Source of the DNA: a virus
Length of the DNA stretch: 64,000 bases
Strand: one strand, 5' to 3'
IMG/VR virus record: IMGVR_UViG_3300034025_000053
Location: 1-64,000 of that record
In this document: one piece after another, positions 52,289 through 61,491 of the stretch
Position numbering within the stretch: the stretch's first letter is position 1
How the letters are laid out: the number at the start of each line of letters is the position of its first letter
Position numbers and translations under genes: made by a program
The notes under the pieces: generated by a model
The model's input: only the letters and a program-made list of their open reading frames with translations
Told to the model about the DNA's origin: nothing
The model's database searches: none

Positions 52289-54004
52289 ATGTCGGTATTT
52301 TTCAACGGCCGTAAGTGGGTTTCGCCAGCCACCATGTCGGTAGTCGACGACAGTGCGATGAACAACAAGAATCTGTCCGTGGGCAACGTCGTCGCCCTGA
52401 TCGGACGTTCTGCCGGCGGCGCGCCGAACAAGGCACTGCGGTTCGGTTCGCCGACTGAAGCGGTGGCGATGCTGCGTGAAGGCGAGCTGCTGACCGCGGT
52501 GCTGAAAGCATTCGACCCGAGCGCCCAGACCAATGGCCCGTCCGAGGTCGTCGCTGTCCGCGTGAACCCCGCTGTGCGGGCTGCGCTCGGCCTGGTCGAC
52601 TCGGTCAGCGCTCCTTCGATCAACCTGCTGTCGACCGACTACGGTCTGTACACCAACCAAATCAAGGTCAAGGTTGAAGCGGGCACGAACGTCGGCGCCA
52701 AGCTTACCAGCCAGTTCGGCAACGACTACTACTCCGAGGACAACGTCGCACGAAACGCGTTCAGCGTCCTGTACAACGGCAACGCGATCACCGCGACGAT
52801 GACCATTGGCGGCACCGTCCTGACGCTCCAGGCGCCATCGGGCACCAACGTTGCCACGCTCGACCTGAACATCTACCAAACCGTTCAGCAGGTCGTCGAC
52901 AAGATCAATTCCACTGCCGGCTTCGTAGCGGCCGTGCTGGATGGCAACGCGACCAAGCCGACCCTGAACGGACTGGACTACGTCACCGCCGTCGATGTGA
53001 AGACCGCGGCCTACACGGCAACGGCGCACCTCCAAGCGGCTGTCGACTGGTTCAACAGCACCGGCGAGGGTTTCATCACCGCTGAGCGCGCGACCAACGC
53101 CGGCAAGGTGCCGGTGGCGATCGGCTTCACCTACCTGTCCGGCGGTTCCGACGGCAGCGTCACCAACTCCGAGTGGAGCGCGGCTTACACCACGCTTCAG
53201 TCCGAGGACGTGCAGTGGGTGGTGCCAGTCAGCTCCGACCCGGCGCTGCACGCGATGAACGACTCGCATTGCGCCTTCATGTCGAACGTGGCCCGTATGG
53301 AACGCCGCGGCATCGTCGGTATGCCGACCGGCTCGACGGACGCACAGGCAATCGCGGCCGCGAAGGCGCTCAACAGCGACCGCACCTCCCTGGTACACAT
53401 CGGCTTCTACGACTACAACGCGGCAGGCACGCTGACGCTGTATCCGCCGTACATCCTGGCCGCCCTGCTGGCGGGCGCGTTCTCGGGCGTCAACCCGGGC
53501 ACTGCCTTGACCAACAAGGCGATCAAGGTTCGCGGCCTGGAGCGCAACGTGCGCAACCCGACCGATACCGACCAGCTGATCAACGGCGGCGTGCTGTGCG
53601 TCGAGAACACCAGCACCGGCTACAAGGTTGTGCAGTCGATCAGCACCTGGCTGGTCAACGACAACTACAACCGCGTGGAAGTGTCCTGCGGCGCCGCGCT
53701 CGACTTCGTGGCCCGCAACGTCCGCAACGCTCTGGACGTGCTGCGTGGCGAGAAGGGCAGCCCCATCGCGCTCTCGCGCGCAGTCAGCATTGCCGACTCG
53801 ACGCTGCGCGAGCTGGCACGCCCAGAGCCGCAGGGCCCGGGCGTAATCGTCGGCGACAAGGTGAACCCGGCCTACAAGAACATCACGGCATCCCTGGAGG
53901 GCGACGTTCTGCGCGTCGAGTTCCAGTGCTCGCCAGTGATCCCTATCAACTTCATCCCGGTAACGATCTTCGCTGTCCCGTACAGCGGTTCGGCATCGAT
54001 CTAA
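52289..54004 (+). CDS. tail sheath protein (571 aa)
   Basis: Size and position immediately upstream of the tube, chaperone and tape-measure genes. RBS AAGGGG. Confidence 0.75.
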   Translation: MSVFFNGRKWVSPATMSVVDDSAMNNKNLSVGNVVALIGRSAGGAPNKALRFGSPTEAVAMLREGELLTAVLKAFDPSAQTNGPSEVVAVRVNPAVRAALGLVDSVSAPSINLLSTDYGLYTNQIKVKVEAGTNVGAKLTSQFGNDYYSEDNVARNAFSVLYNGNAITATMTIGGTVLTLQAPSGTNVATLDLNIYQTVQQVVDKINSTAGFVAAVLDGNATKPTLNGLDYVTAVDVKTAAYTATAHLQAAVDWFNSTGEGFITAERATNAGKVPVAIGFTYLSGGSDGSVTNSEWSAAYTTLQSEDVQWVVPVSSDPALHAMNDSHCAFMSNVARMERRGIVGMPTGSTDAQAIAAAKALNSDRTSLVHIGFYDYNAAGTLTLYPPYILAALLAGAFSGVNPGTALTNKAIKVRGLERNVRNPTDTDQLINGGVLCVENTSTGYKVVQSISTWLVNDNYNRVEVSCGAALDFVARNVRNALDVLRGEKGSPIALSRAVSIADSTLRELARPEPQGPGVIVGDKVNPAYKNITASLEGDVLRVEFQCSPVIPINFIPVTIFAVPYSGSASI

Positions 54005-54015
54005 GGAGCGCCTAA

Positions 54016-54441
54016 ATGGCAACTATCAATCAAAACGTCCGCTCCGGTAACCGGATCATCGTGCTGCTGGACGGCAAGCAGGTCGGGCTGATGCAGTCGG
54101 TCCGCTCGAGCGACGACTACGCGCCTGACGCGGCGTCGGGCATCGGCGACATCCACGTGCAAGAGCACGTGCCAACCATCGCCCGCCACGTCGTTTCCGT
54201 CAGCTCGATGGTGATCAAGCGCAAGAGCATGCGCGAACTCGGCATCTCGGTAGAGAATGGCGACGACGCCCTGGTCGGCCGCGTGTTCGATATCGAGCAG
54301 TACGATAAGGACACCGGCGAGCTGATGCGCAAGTACATGGGCTGTACCTACGCCTCGGGCGACTTCGAAGTGAGCAAACACGCCATCATTATGGCGTCGG
54401 CAACATTCATGGCGCTCGACGTGTCGGGCACCAAGGGCTAA
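54016..54441 (+). CDS. tail tube protein (141 aa)
   Basis: Size and position between the sheath gene and the chaperone/tape-measure genes. Confidence 0.7.
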   Translation: MATINQNVRSGNRIIVLLDGKQVGLMQSVRSSDDYAPDAASGIGDIHVQEHVPTIARHVVSVSSMVIKRKSMRELGISVENGDDALVGRVFDIEQYDKDTGELMRKYMGCTYASGDFEVSKHAIIMASATFMALDVSGTKG

Positions 54442-54458
54442 CCGGCCCTGCTCCAGAA

Positions 54459-54484
54459 AGCCCGCCTCGAGCGGGCTTTTTTTT
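54459..54484 (+). terminator. rho-independent terminator
   Basis: AGCCCGC-CTCGA-GCGGGCT followed by TTTTTTTT. Confidence 0.8.
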
Positions 54485-54498
54485 CGTCGTGACCATAC
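54483..54498 (+). promoter_or_regulatory. CGTCGTGAC motif copy after the sheath/tube terminator
   Basis: ttCGTCGTGACcatac starts within the terminator U tract. Confidence 0.45.
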
Positions 54499-54536
54499 CC
54501 TCGAACGCATCCATTCACACACCTCCAAGGTCAATC

Positions 54537-54941
54537 ATGTCCCGTCCAGCTGCTGCTACAGATTTCTTTGTCGACGTCCCGAATGTCGGCACATTCTCCT
54601 TTGCCAAGCGCATGATGCGCGACGAGCTGCGCATCGGCGCCGAGTACTCGCGCCTGACGGAGGGCGTGGACACTCCCACCAGCGGCCTGGAGCTTCTGGC
54701 CGGCTGGATTGCTGCCCTGACGGTTCTCACCGTAACGGCACCGGCTGGCTGGGATATCGAGCTGATGGATCCGCTGGAAGACGAAACCTACGACAAGCTG
54801 CGCGTGGTGCACCAGGCGCTGCGCGACAAGGAGTACTCTTTTCGTAAAAAACCGAGCCAAGGAGGCGAAGCGCCACGGACGGGAGATCGCGAAGAGCCTG
54901 GAGTTCTGGTTCCGCCGCCGGTTCAACTTGGCGCCGACTGA
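54537..54941 (+). CDS. tail assembly chaperone (gpG-like, zero-frame product, 134 aa)
   Basis: Position just upstream of the tape measure. ATG at 54537 with AAGG upstream. The zero-frame tail after ..YSFRKK looks like junk. Confidence 0.6.
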   Translation: MSRPAAATDFFVDVPNVGTFSFAKRMMRDELRIGAEYSRLTEGVDTPTSGLELLAGWIAALTVLTVTAPAGWDIELMDPLEDETYDKLRVVHQALRDKEYSFRKKPSQGGEAPRTGDREEPGVLVPPPVQLGAD

Positions 54942-55119
54942 TCCGCGATTTCTTGACGCTACGCTGGAGCAGATCGAGACCGAGTTCTGGGCGCATACCT
55001 ACTTCGAGAAGCCGCCCGGCGACGAGATCGAGGACGATGGCTTCGACCTGGATGAGGTTCTGAAGGAAATAGAAGACGAGGATAAGGACCCGGGCGACTG
55101 GGGCGAGCCGATACCATGA
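54846..55119 (+). CDS. frameshift extension of the tail chaperone (gpGT-like), +1/-2 frame relative to 54537
   Basis: A6 run at 54846-54851. The +1 frame is open from 54736 and encodes a protein-like sequence (RAKEAKRHGREIAKSLEFWFRRRFNLAPTDPRFLDATLEQ...) that ends overlapping the TMP start. Confidence 0.45.
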
Positions 55120-57986
55120 CAGGCATCAAAATACCCGTAAGTGCCGAGTTCGACGCCGGCGACGTCCAGAAGGCTGTTGCTCAGATCAGCGAGCAGATGA
55201 CCAAGCTCGGGCAGGTGGTCGCAGCTGCAAACAAGATCAAGTTCAACCCGGTAACGCCAGGTGCTGTTGCCGAGCTGAAGCAGATGCAGAATCAGTTCAA
55301 CGAACTGAAGCGGGTATCTGGAAGCCTGCGCGAGCGCCTGAAAGCAACTGGCCAGTCGGACACCTCGTTCGGTGACATCGACTGGAACCGGATGTACCAC
55401 GACAAGGCGATGGCCCAGCGGAAGATGTCGCAGGCCTACAACCACGTCACGGCGGGTACCCGCTACGCGCTGCCGCTGGGCACGCCCGGGCTGAACCAGG
55501 GCGGCCGCGGCGCGCCTGATCACCCTCCGCAGCACCAAGGCGGTGGCGGTGGCGGTGGCTTCCAGTCCATGGCTGGACAGGTCGCTGGAGCGGGCCTGCG
55601 CGCCGCTGGACCAGTCGGCGGCGTTGTGGCTAATGCCGCCGGCGCTGGCATGTCCGGAGGCCTTGGCGCGGGCTTGTTTGGCCTTCTTGGCGGGCTGGCC
55701 GCCCTGGGCATCGGCAAGGGCGTGGGAGCGATCAAGAACAAGGTCGACGCCGCCGGTCAGGAAGGCATCGGCTACGACACGCTCAAGCGCACCCTCGGGG
55801 ACGTGAACGTCGGCTTCAACGCGCTGCGCGCCTCCCTGCGCGCCGCGTCGAACAATATCGACGTCACCTTTGAGGAATCGCAGAAGCTCGGTTCGGAATT
55901 CGCCAAGATCTCAGGGATCAGCAAGATCACGCCGAAGGAGCTGGGCGACGAGGTTTCAGTCGGCGGCGGCTTCGGTCGCAGCTTCGGCATGGATCCGTCC
56001 GAGTCGAACCAGTTCTTTGCGCAGATGCGCGCCTTCAAGGTCACGGAGTCGACAGGCGACAGCAAGCGCCTGGCCGTCATGATCGGCGAGGCGGTGGGGA
56101 AATCCGGCTCATTCAGCAAAGCCGACGAGGTACTGCAGGCCATCAGCTCGTTCACGGCCAGCCAATCGCGCAGCGGCCTCGCTGGCGCCAATGCTGTGGG
56201 CTACGCAGGCACGTTCTCGGGCCTGCTAGGGTCCGGCGTGCCCGGGCTGGATCCGCAGGGCGCTGCGGCGCTGCTGAGCCGCGTCAACAGCTCGATCGCC
56301 AGTGGCGGTGCGGCGGGCGAGGCAGGCCAGAACTACCTGTTCAGCGCTCTGGGGCGCAAGAACGGCCTCGATCCGATCCAGACCGCCATGCTCCAGCAGC
56401 AGGGTGCGTTCGGTACCGGCCGCATGGCTTTCGGCAAGGGTTCGCTTTACTCGCAGTTTTCCAAGAAGTTCGGTGGCGGCGTATCTGGCGCGGCCGCGTC
56501 GTCCGACGAAACCAACCTGTCGGCGATCCTGGCCAAAACGCAGAAGGACTACGCCAGCAATCCAAGCCTGATGCTCAACGCGACGGCGCGCTTGCTGGGA
56601 GTGAACGAGAACCAGGCGATGGCGCTGCATACCATCGCGCCGCACAAGCTCAACAGCATGACGGGCCGCATGGGACGCCTGGGCCTCGACATGAACGGCC
56701 TGTCGTCGACCGGCATCTCGGCGCTGTCCAACATCGAAAGCGGCGGCAAGGAAACGCTCGCGGCCCAGGTGGACGCCCTGCGCCAGCACAAGAAGTCGCT
56801 GACCAACGATGAGCGCCAGCGCCTGGACGGCGCCCTGGCCGGCGGCGACCCGGAAAAGCTGAAGGACATCCTCACCGAGCTGACCTACTCGCGCGAGCAG
56901 GAACAGACCGAGGGCAGCAAGACGCGTGAATCCATCCAGCAGGTCGACAAGACCTTCCAGGAGTACGCCACTAAACTGGTCCCGCTGGCCAACGACATGC
57001 GCAATGCGCTGGTGTTCATGGCCGGCGGCGGCAAGATGGGCGCCGGCGGCATCAACGCGGCCATGAAGAAGATCGACCAGGACGAGATCACCAACGCCGG
57101 CGCGGCGCAGGAATCGGAAATCAACAGCCGATACGGCAACCAGATCGCAGCTGTGCGCGGCCGCGCAGAGACGCTGAAAGCCAAGCTGGATTCGCGCGCC
57201 GCCACGCAGGCGCAGCGCACGGCCAACATGACGCCAGATCAGATCGAAGCGGACAATGCCGAGATCCGGTCCATGGAAGAGGAACTGAAAAATGTCAGGA
57301 AAAACGCCCCTGGCATGATCCAAGACCTGGAGAAGAAGCGCGCAGACGAGCTTGGCAAGGTGCGGTCTGAAACCAGTGGCAAGCTGAACACTTTGAACGC
57401 CTCGTACGGCCCTCCACCTGGCGCGGCGACGTCTCCCAATGTCAATGCCGACCTGATGGCCGAACTCGCCAAGACGGACAAGCAGCTGGGCATGGCGCCT
57501 GGCACGTCGGCCGCCCAGCTCAACAAGGAAAGCCGCTTCAATCCAAGCGCCTTCAACAGGAAGAGCGGCGCGATGGGTATGGCTCAGGTCATGCCAAAGA
57601 CCCTGTCGGCCCTGGAAAAGCGGATGGGGCGCAAGCTCGACCCGTACAATGCCCAGGATGCCATCCTGATCCACCGCGAGGTCATGCGCGAGAACAAGGC
57701 GCGGTTCAAGACCGACGCCGGCGCGCTGGCGGCCTACAACAGCGGATGGGATCCCAGTAAGTGGGGTAATTCGGAAACGACGGACTACCTGGCCACAATC
57801 GACGGCACGCGCGGCCGGTTCGCCACGCCAATGCCAGCTGGCGCGCCTGCGCGCGCCGGTGGCAATGAGCCTCAGAAAATTCACTTCGAGAACACCGTCA
57901 CACTGAATTACCCGAACGGATCCCGCGCGGCCGAGCCGGTCACAGTCAAGAAAACAGTCAGCGCGCCGCGCGCGTCGGGGGTCTGA
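55116..57986 (+). CDS. tape measure protein with a C-terminal SLT lytic transglycosylase domain (956 aa)
   Basis: Gly-rich/transmembrane-like segment, long helical region. SLT motifs about 57500-57770: KESRFNP, GAMGMAQVMP, AAYNSGW. Confidence 0.85.
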   Translation: MTGIKIPVSAEFDAGDVQKAVAQISEQMTKLGQVVAAANKIKFNPVTPGAVAELKQMQNQFNELKRVSGSLRERLKATGQSDTSFGDIDWNRMYHDKAMAQRKMSQAYNHVTAGTRYALPLGTPGLNQGGRGAPDHPPQHQGGGGGGGFQSMAGQVAGAGLRAAGPVGGVVANAAGAGMSGGLGAGLFGLLGGLAALGIGKGVGAIKNKVDAAGQEGIGYDTLKRTLGDVNVGFNALRASLRAASNNIDVTFEESQKLGSEFAKISGISKITPKELGDEVSVGGGFGRSFGMDPSESNQFFAQMRAFKVTESTGDSKRLAVMIGEAVGKSGSFSKADEVLQAISSFTASQSRSGLAGANAVGYAGTFSGLLGSGVPGLDPQGAAALLSRVNSSIASGGAAGEAGQNYLFSALGRKNGLDPIQTAMLQQQGAFGTGRMAFGKGSLYSQFSKKFGGGVSGAAASSDETNLSAILAKTQKDYASNPSLMLNATARLLGVNENQAMALHTIAPHKLNSMTGRMGRLGLDMNGLSSTGISALSNIESGGKETLAAQVDALRQHKKSLTNDERQRLDGALAGGDPEKLKDILTELTYSREQEQTEGSKTRESIQQVDKTFQEYATKLVPLANDMRNALVFMAGGGKMGAGGINAAMKKIDQDEITNAGAAQESEINSRYGNQIAAVRGRAETLKAKLDSRAATQAQRTANMTPDQIEADNAEIRSMEEELKNVRKNAPGMIQDLEKKRADELGKVRSETSGKLNTLNASYGPPPGAATSPNVNADLMAELAKTDKQLGMAPGTSAAQLNKESRFNPSAFNRKSGAMGMAQVMPKTLSALEKRMGRKLDPYNAQDAILIHREVMRENKARFKTDAGALAAYNSGWDPSKWGNSETTDYLATIDGTRGRFATPMPAGAPARAGGNEPQKIHFENTVTLNYPNGSRAAEPVTVKKTVSAPRASGV

Positions 57987-59488
57987 TGTCCAGCTTTAAT
58001 GTTCCGGTCTACGGGCCCCAGCTCAAGGTAACGCTGTTCAAGACGGTCCGGCGCGAAACAATCGACGGCGAGGAAAAGGTATCGGTGCGCTACGGTAGCA
58101 CCGCCAAGACCATCGACCTGACGCCGTTCCTGACCGACCTGTCGTCCGTCACCACGTCGAAGTCAGTACGCGAGCCTGCAGGCGCATTCGCGATCACGGT
58201 GTCTGATCAGCCCTACACGGTCGCGGCCGGCACCGACACCCTGGCCGGTATCGTCGAACCAATGGACATGATCGAGATCCGGTTCCGTCACTTCCCGAAC
58301 GGTTCCGCCCTGCCACCAGTCATCATGCGGGGCTTCGTGTCCGATGTGCGCCGGTCCGAGTCCATGGGCCCAGACGGCACGCCCATGCGCGGCGTCACCA
58401 TCACCGGGCAGGATTACGGTAAGCTTTGGCAGATGCTGCAAATATTCTACGGCCCGGGCTACGTCATCGGGCAGGACATCATCTCGGCATACGGCATGTT
58501 CGAGCGCTTCGGTTCAGGCGCCAAGATCGGGCAGAGCGGCGCAGATTTTCTCAAGGAGACCTTCGACAAGGTACTGAACCCGTACGTCAAGGGCATCGTC
58601 GAGGGTAACTCTACCAATCCGAGCACGATCGAGCTGAAGGCGCTCCAGAAACATGGCGTCACCTCGATCGCGGGGACGCAGAATCAGGAGGGCGCGCTGT
58701 TTGACCTCCTGAATCGATTCCTCGATGTCGGCGTCTGGAACGAGCTCTACATCACCGAAGACGACGAAAAGGTCTACTGCATCTACCGGCCGAACCCGGC
58801 GCTGGACGTGCACGGCAAGCCGATCGACCCGGATGTCAAGGCCCCCGTCGCCTGGAGCGCGAGCGCCGACCCGACCACGCTGGTCTACTATGACGTGCCG
58901 GCCGAGGACATCGTCAGCTTCGACCTGTCCCGGACCGACGCAAACGTGGCCAACTACTACTGGGTGCGCGCGCCGCGGTTCGAGATGGTCAGCGATATCT
59001 ATTCGAAGCAGGCCGGCGCCACGTCGGGCGACAAGAAGACGATCGATCTGACCGAGTACGTCAATACCAAAGGCAAGTTGTACGGTATCCGCAAGCTCGA
59101 GGTGTACACCGAGATGGGCGGCGACGACATTAGCAACACCTCCAGCGGTCTGACCGAAAGCGAGAAAACGAAGCGCGACACAAGCATGATGAACTGGATC
59201 GCGAACCGCCGGCAGATCCTGGTGGAGCAGAACCGCGACAACGTCCTACTGGAGCATGGCACGATCGCCATCAAGGGTAACGAAAACATCCGGATGGGGA
59301 ATTACATCAAGGTGCGGCGCGGCTCCTTCAGCGCGCTCTACTACATCGTGCAGGTAGAGCACCAGTACTCGCCGTTCAACCGGTTCATCACCGTCCTGCA
59401 GCTGGACCGCGGTCTCGGCTTCGTCGAGCGCATGCGCAAGAACGGCGGGCCAGAATCACCCTACTACGCTGAAATGGCGAGCAAATAA
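57986..59488 (+). CDS. tail/baseplate hub-associated protein (500 aa)
   Basis: Position directly after the TMP (ATGA overlap), comparable to Mu gp43 / P2 gpD-type proteins. Call is positional. Confidence 0.55.
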   Translation: MSSFNVPVYGPQLKVTLFKTVRRETIDGEEKVSVRYGSTAKTIDLTPFLTDLSSVTTSKSVREPAGAFAITVSDQPYTVAAGTDTLAGIVEPMDMIEIRFRHFPNGSALPPVIMRGFVSDVRRSESMGPDGTPMRGVTITGQDYGKLWQMLQIFYGPGYVIGQDIISAYGMFERFGSGAKIGQSGADFLKETFDKVLNPYVKGIVEGNSTNPSTIELKALQKHGVTSIAGTQNQEGALFDLLNRFLDVGVWNELYITEDDEKVYCIYRPNPALDVHGKPIDPDVKAPVAWSASADPTTLVYYDVPAEDIVSFDLSRTDANVANYYWVRAPRFEMVSDIYSKQAGATSGDKKTIDLTEYVNTKGKLYGIRKLEVYTEMGGDDISNTSSGLTESEKTKRDTSMMNWIANRRQILVEQNRDNVLLEHGTIAIKGNENIRMGNYIKVRRGSFSALYYIVQVEHQYSPFNRFITVLQLDRGLGFVERMRKNGGPESPYYAEMASK

Positions 59489-60318
59489 TGCGCTACGGTA
59501 TCGTTGTTGCAACACACCCGCAGGACCACTCCGTCGACCTGGTGATGACGGACGATTACTCGCGCCTGGCCGGCGTGCAGGTCCTCACCCAAGGCGGGAA
59601 CGGCTCATCCGGGTCGAACGACCTGTACGCGCCGGAGGAGAAGACCGGCGCCGACAAGTGGGATATCACCAAGGCCACTACCGACAACCCCGTAGCGGCC
59701 GTGGATTTCTCCGGCCGCATGCCGGTGGTGGTCGGCTTCCGGTACCCGCAGATCGGGCAGATGACGTTCGCGGAGAAGAACCTACGGGTACAGCGCCACC
59801 CCTCGGACGTCTATTCGACCCTGAACGCCGCCGGCGACTACGAGATGCATTTCCCGAACGGCACCTTCATCCGGATCGGTGCCTCGCCGGACCACGTCGA
59901 CCTGGCCGGCAAGGACGTGGACGGCAAGTGGGCGATCGGGAAGAACACGGGCGCTGCGTCGCACCTGCGCCTGGTGCTGGGCAACGGCGGGGCCGTGAAG
60001 GCGGATCTACACATCAACCCTGACGGCAACGTCGTAGGCACCTTCCAGGGCACCGGAGAGCTTACCTTCGTGGGGGACGTGGTGGTGAACGCCCCGAACG
60101 TCACCATCAACACCCAGGTGGCCACGGTGAATGCCTCCTCGAGCGTGCAGTTGGCCACCCCGTTGACACACATGACGGGCGCCGTGCAGATCGACGGCGG
60201 GCTGAGTGTCAATGGCGCAAGCACCCTGAAAAACGTCACTTCCAACGGCAAAAACGTCGGCAGCACCCATACGCACATCAATTCTGGCGGATCGGGCACC
60301 GGCGGCGTTCCATCCTGA
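59488..60318 (+). CDS. baseplate spike / gpV-like protein (276 aa)
   Basis: N-terminus MRYGIVVATHPQDHSVDLVM..AGVQVL resembles gpV-type OB-fold spikes. C-terminal beta-helix-like repeats. Confidence 0.6.
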   Translation: MRYGIVVATHPQDHSVDLVMTDDYSRLAGVQVLTQGGNGSSGSNDLYAPEEKTGADKWDITKATTDNPVAAVDFSGRMPVVVGFRYPQIGQMTFAEKNLRVQRHPSDVYSTLNAAGDYEMHFPNGTFIRIGASPDHVDLAGKDVDGKWAIGKNTGAASHLRLVLGNGGAVKADLHINPDGNVVGTFQGTGELTFVGDVVVNAPNVTINTQVATVNASSSVQLATPLTHMTGAVQIDGGLSVNGASTLKNVTSNGKNVGSTHTHINSGGSGTGGVPS

Positions 60319-60322
60319 TCGC

Positions 60323-60340
60323 CCTCGTCGTGACCGTACC
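60323..60340 (+). promoter_or_regulatory. CGTCGTGAC motif copy upstream of the 60349 gene
   Basis: cctCGTCGTGACcgtacc, 9 nt before ATG 60349. Confidence 0.4.
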
Positions 60341-60348
60341 ATGAGGCC

Positions 60349-61491
60349 ATGAACCTCACCCCGGCCCAAAGTCAGAAGGCAGCCGATTGCCCGATCAGTT
60401 TCGTCCTCGATGCGCGAGGCGGAGCTGCGGACGAGGTCGCCCTGTTCATCCGTCCGGAGGACCTGACGCGGTCTACGCCGTCGCGCATGTCGATCAACCA
60501 GACGCTAGGCGGTGCCTGGGTCGACTCGTTCGGCGAGGGCCTGGAGGCTTTCTCCATCAGCGGCACGCTTGGCTGGCGCACGGGCCCGAATGGAGAAGAT
60601 GGCGCGGCGCGCCTGAAAACCATGCGGGATAAGACGTTCGCCAAGTGGCACAGCATGCGCCAGCGCGCCGTGGACATCGGCGATGACCCGAACGGCGTGA
60701 AGCTGCGCTTCGTCGACACGCTGAACAACTACACCAGCGTGATCGCGCCCCAGATGTTCGAGATCCGCCGCAGCAAAAGCCGTCCGCTGCTGGCATCGTA
60801 CCGCATCACCTTCATCGCCCTCGGCAAGGGCGGAGAGTCGGGGATCCCGCTGTTTGGCCTAAACTTTGGCGGCCTCGGTATCGATGTTTCAGGCTTCGGC
60901 CTCGACAGCCTCTTCAGCTCCCTGAACGAGATCAATGGCTTCATCAACACCGCACGCAACTTTGTCGACCGCACCATCCTGGCACCGGTTCAGAACTTCA
61001 TGCGCCTGAGCGGCCGCGTGTTCTCGGCCGTGCACGGCACCATCCAGAACGGTCTCAGCCTGGGCGATCCACTCATCAACGTGGCGCGCTCGATCGCACA
61101 GACGGGCCTGAACGTGTTCCGGACGATGGCTGCGGTGGCGAACATCCCGATTTCGGCCAAGGCGATGCTGATGCAGGTCGCTGGCGCTTACAGCAACATT
61201 TTTTGCGTTCTCAAGAATGCGTTGAAGAATTTGCAGACGTACGAAAATTACAACCCGCTCTACGGTTCCTCGAATTGCTCGTCGACCGGCGGTGGCCTGC
61301 CGCCGTCCCAGTATGCTGGCCAGAACCCGTTCTTCGCGGTGGCGCCGCAGTCCTCCGGCGCTGTAGGTGTGTCACCGCGTGCGGCCACCGCGCTGGGCCT
61401 GCTTACGCATACTGACATCGTCATCGCGCCGCTTCCACTGCCAACCATCGCATCGACCCTTGAGGATGTGACAAGCGGAGTCACGTTCTAA
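60349..61491 (+). CDS. baseplate protein (380 aa)
   Basis: Track ORF. Positional call. Confidence 0.55.
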   Translation: MNLTPAQSQKAADCPISFVLDARGGAADEVALFIRPEDLTRSTPSRMSINQTLGGAWVDSFGEGLEAFSISGTLGWRTGPNGEDGAARLKTMRDKTFAKWHSMRQRAVDIGDDPNGVKLRFVDTLNNYTSVIAPQMFEIRRSKSRPLLASYRITFIALGKGGESGIPLFGLNFGGLGIDVSGFGLDSLFSSLNEINGFINTARNFVDRTILAPVQNFMRLSGRVFSAVHGTIQNGLSLGDPLINVARSIAQTGLNVFRTMAAVANIPISAKAMLMQVAGAYSNIFCVLKNALKNLQTYENYNPLYGSSNCSSTGGGLPPSQYAGQNPFFAVAPQSSGAVGVSPRAATALGLLTHTDIVIAPLPLPTIASTLEDVTSGVTF

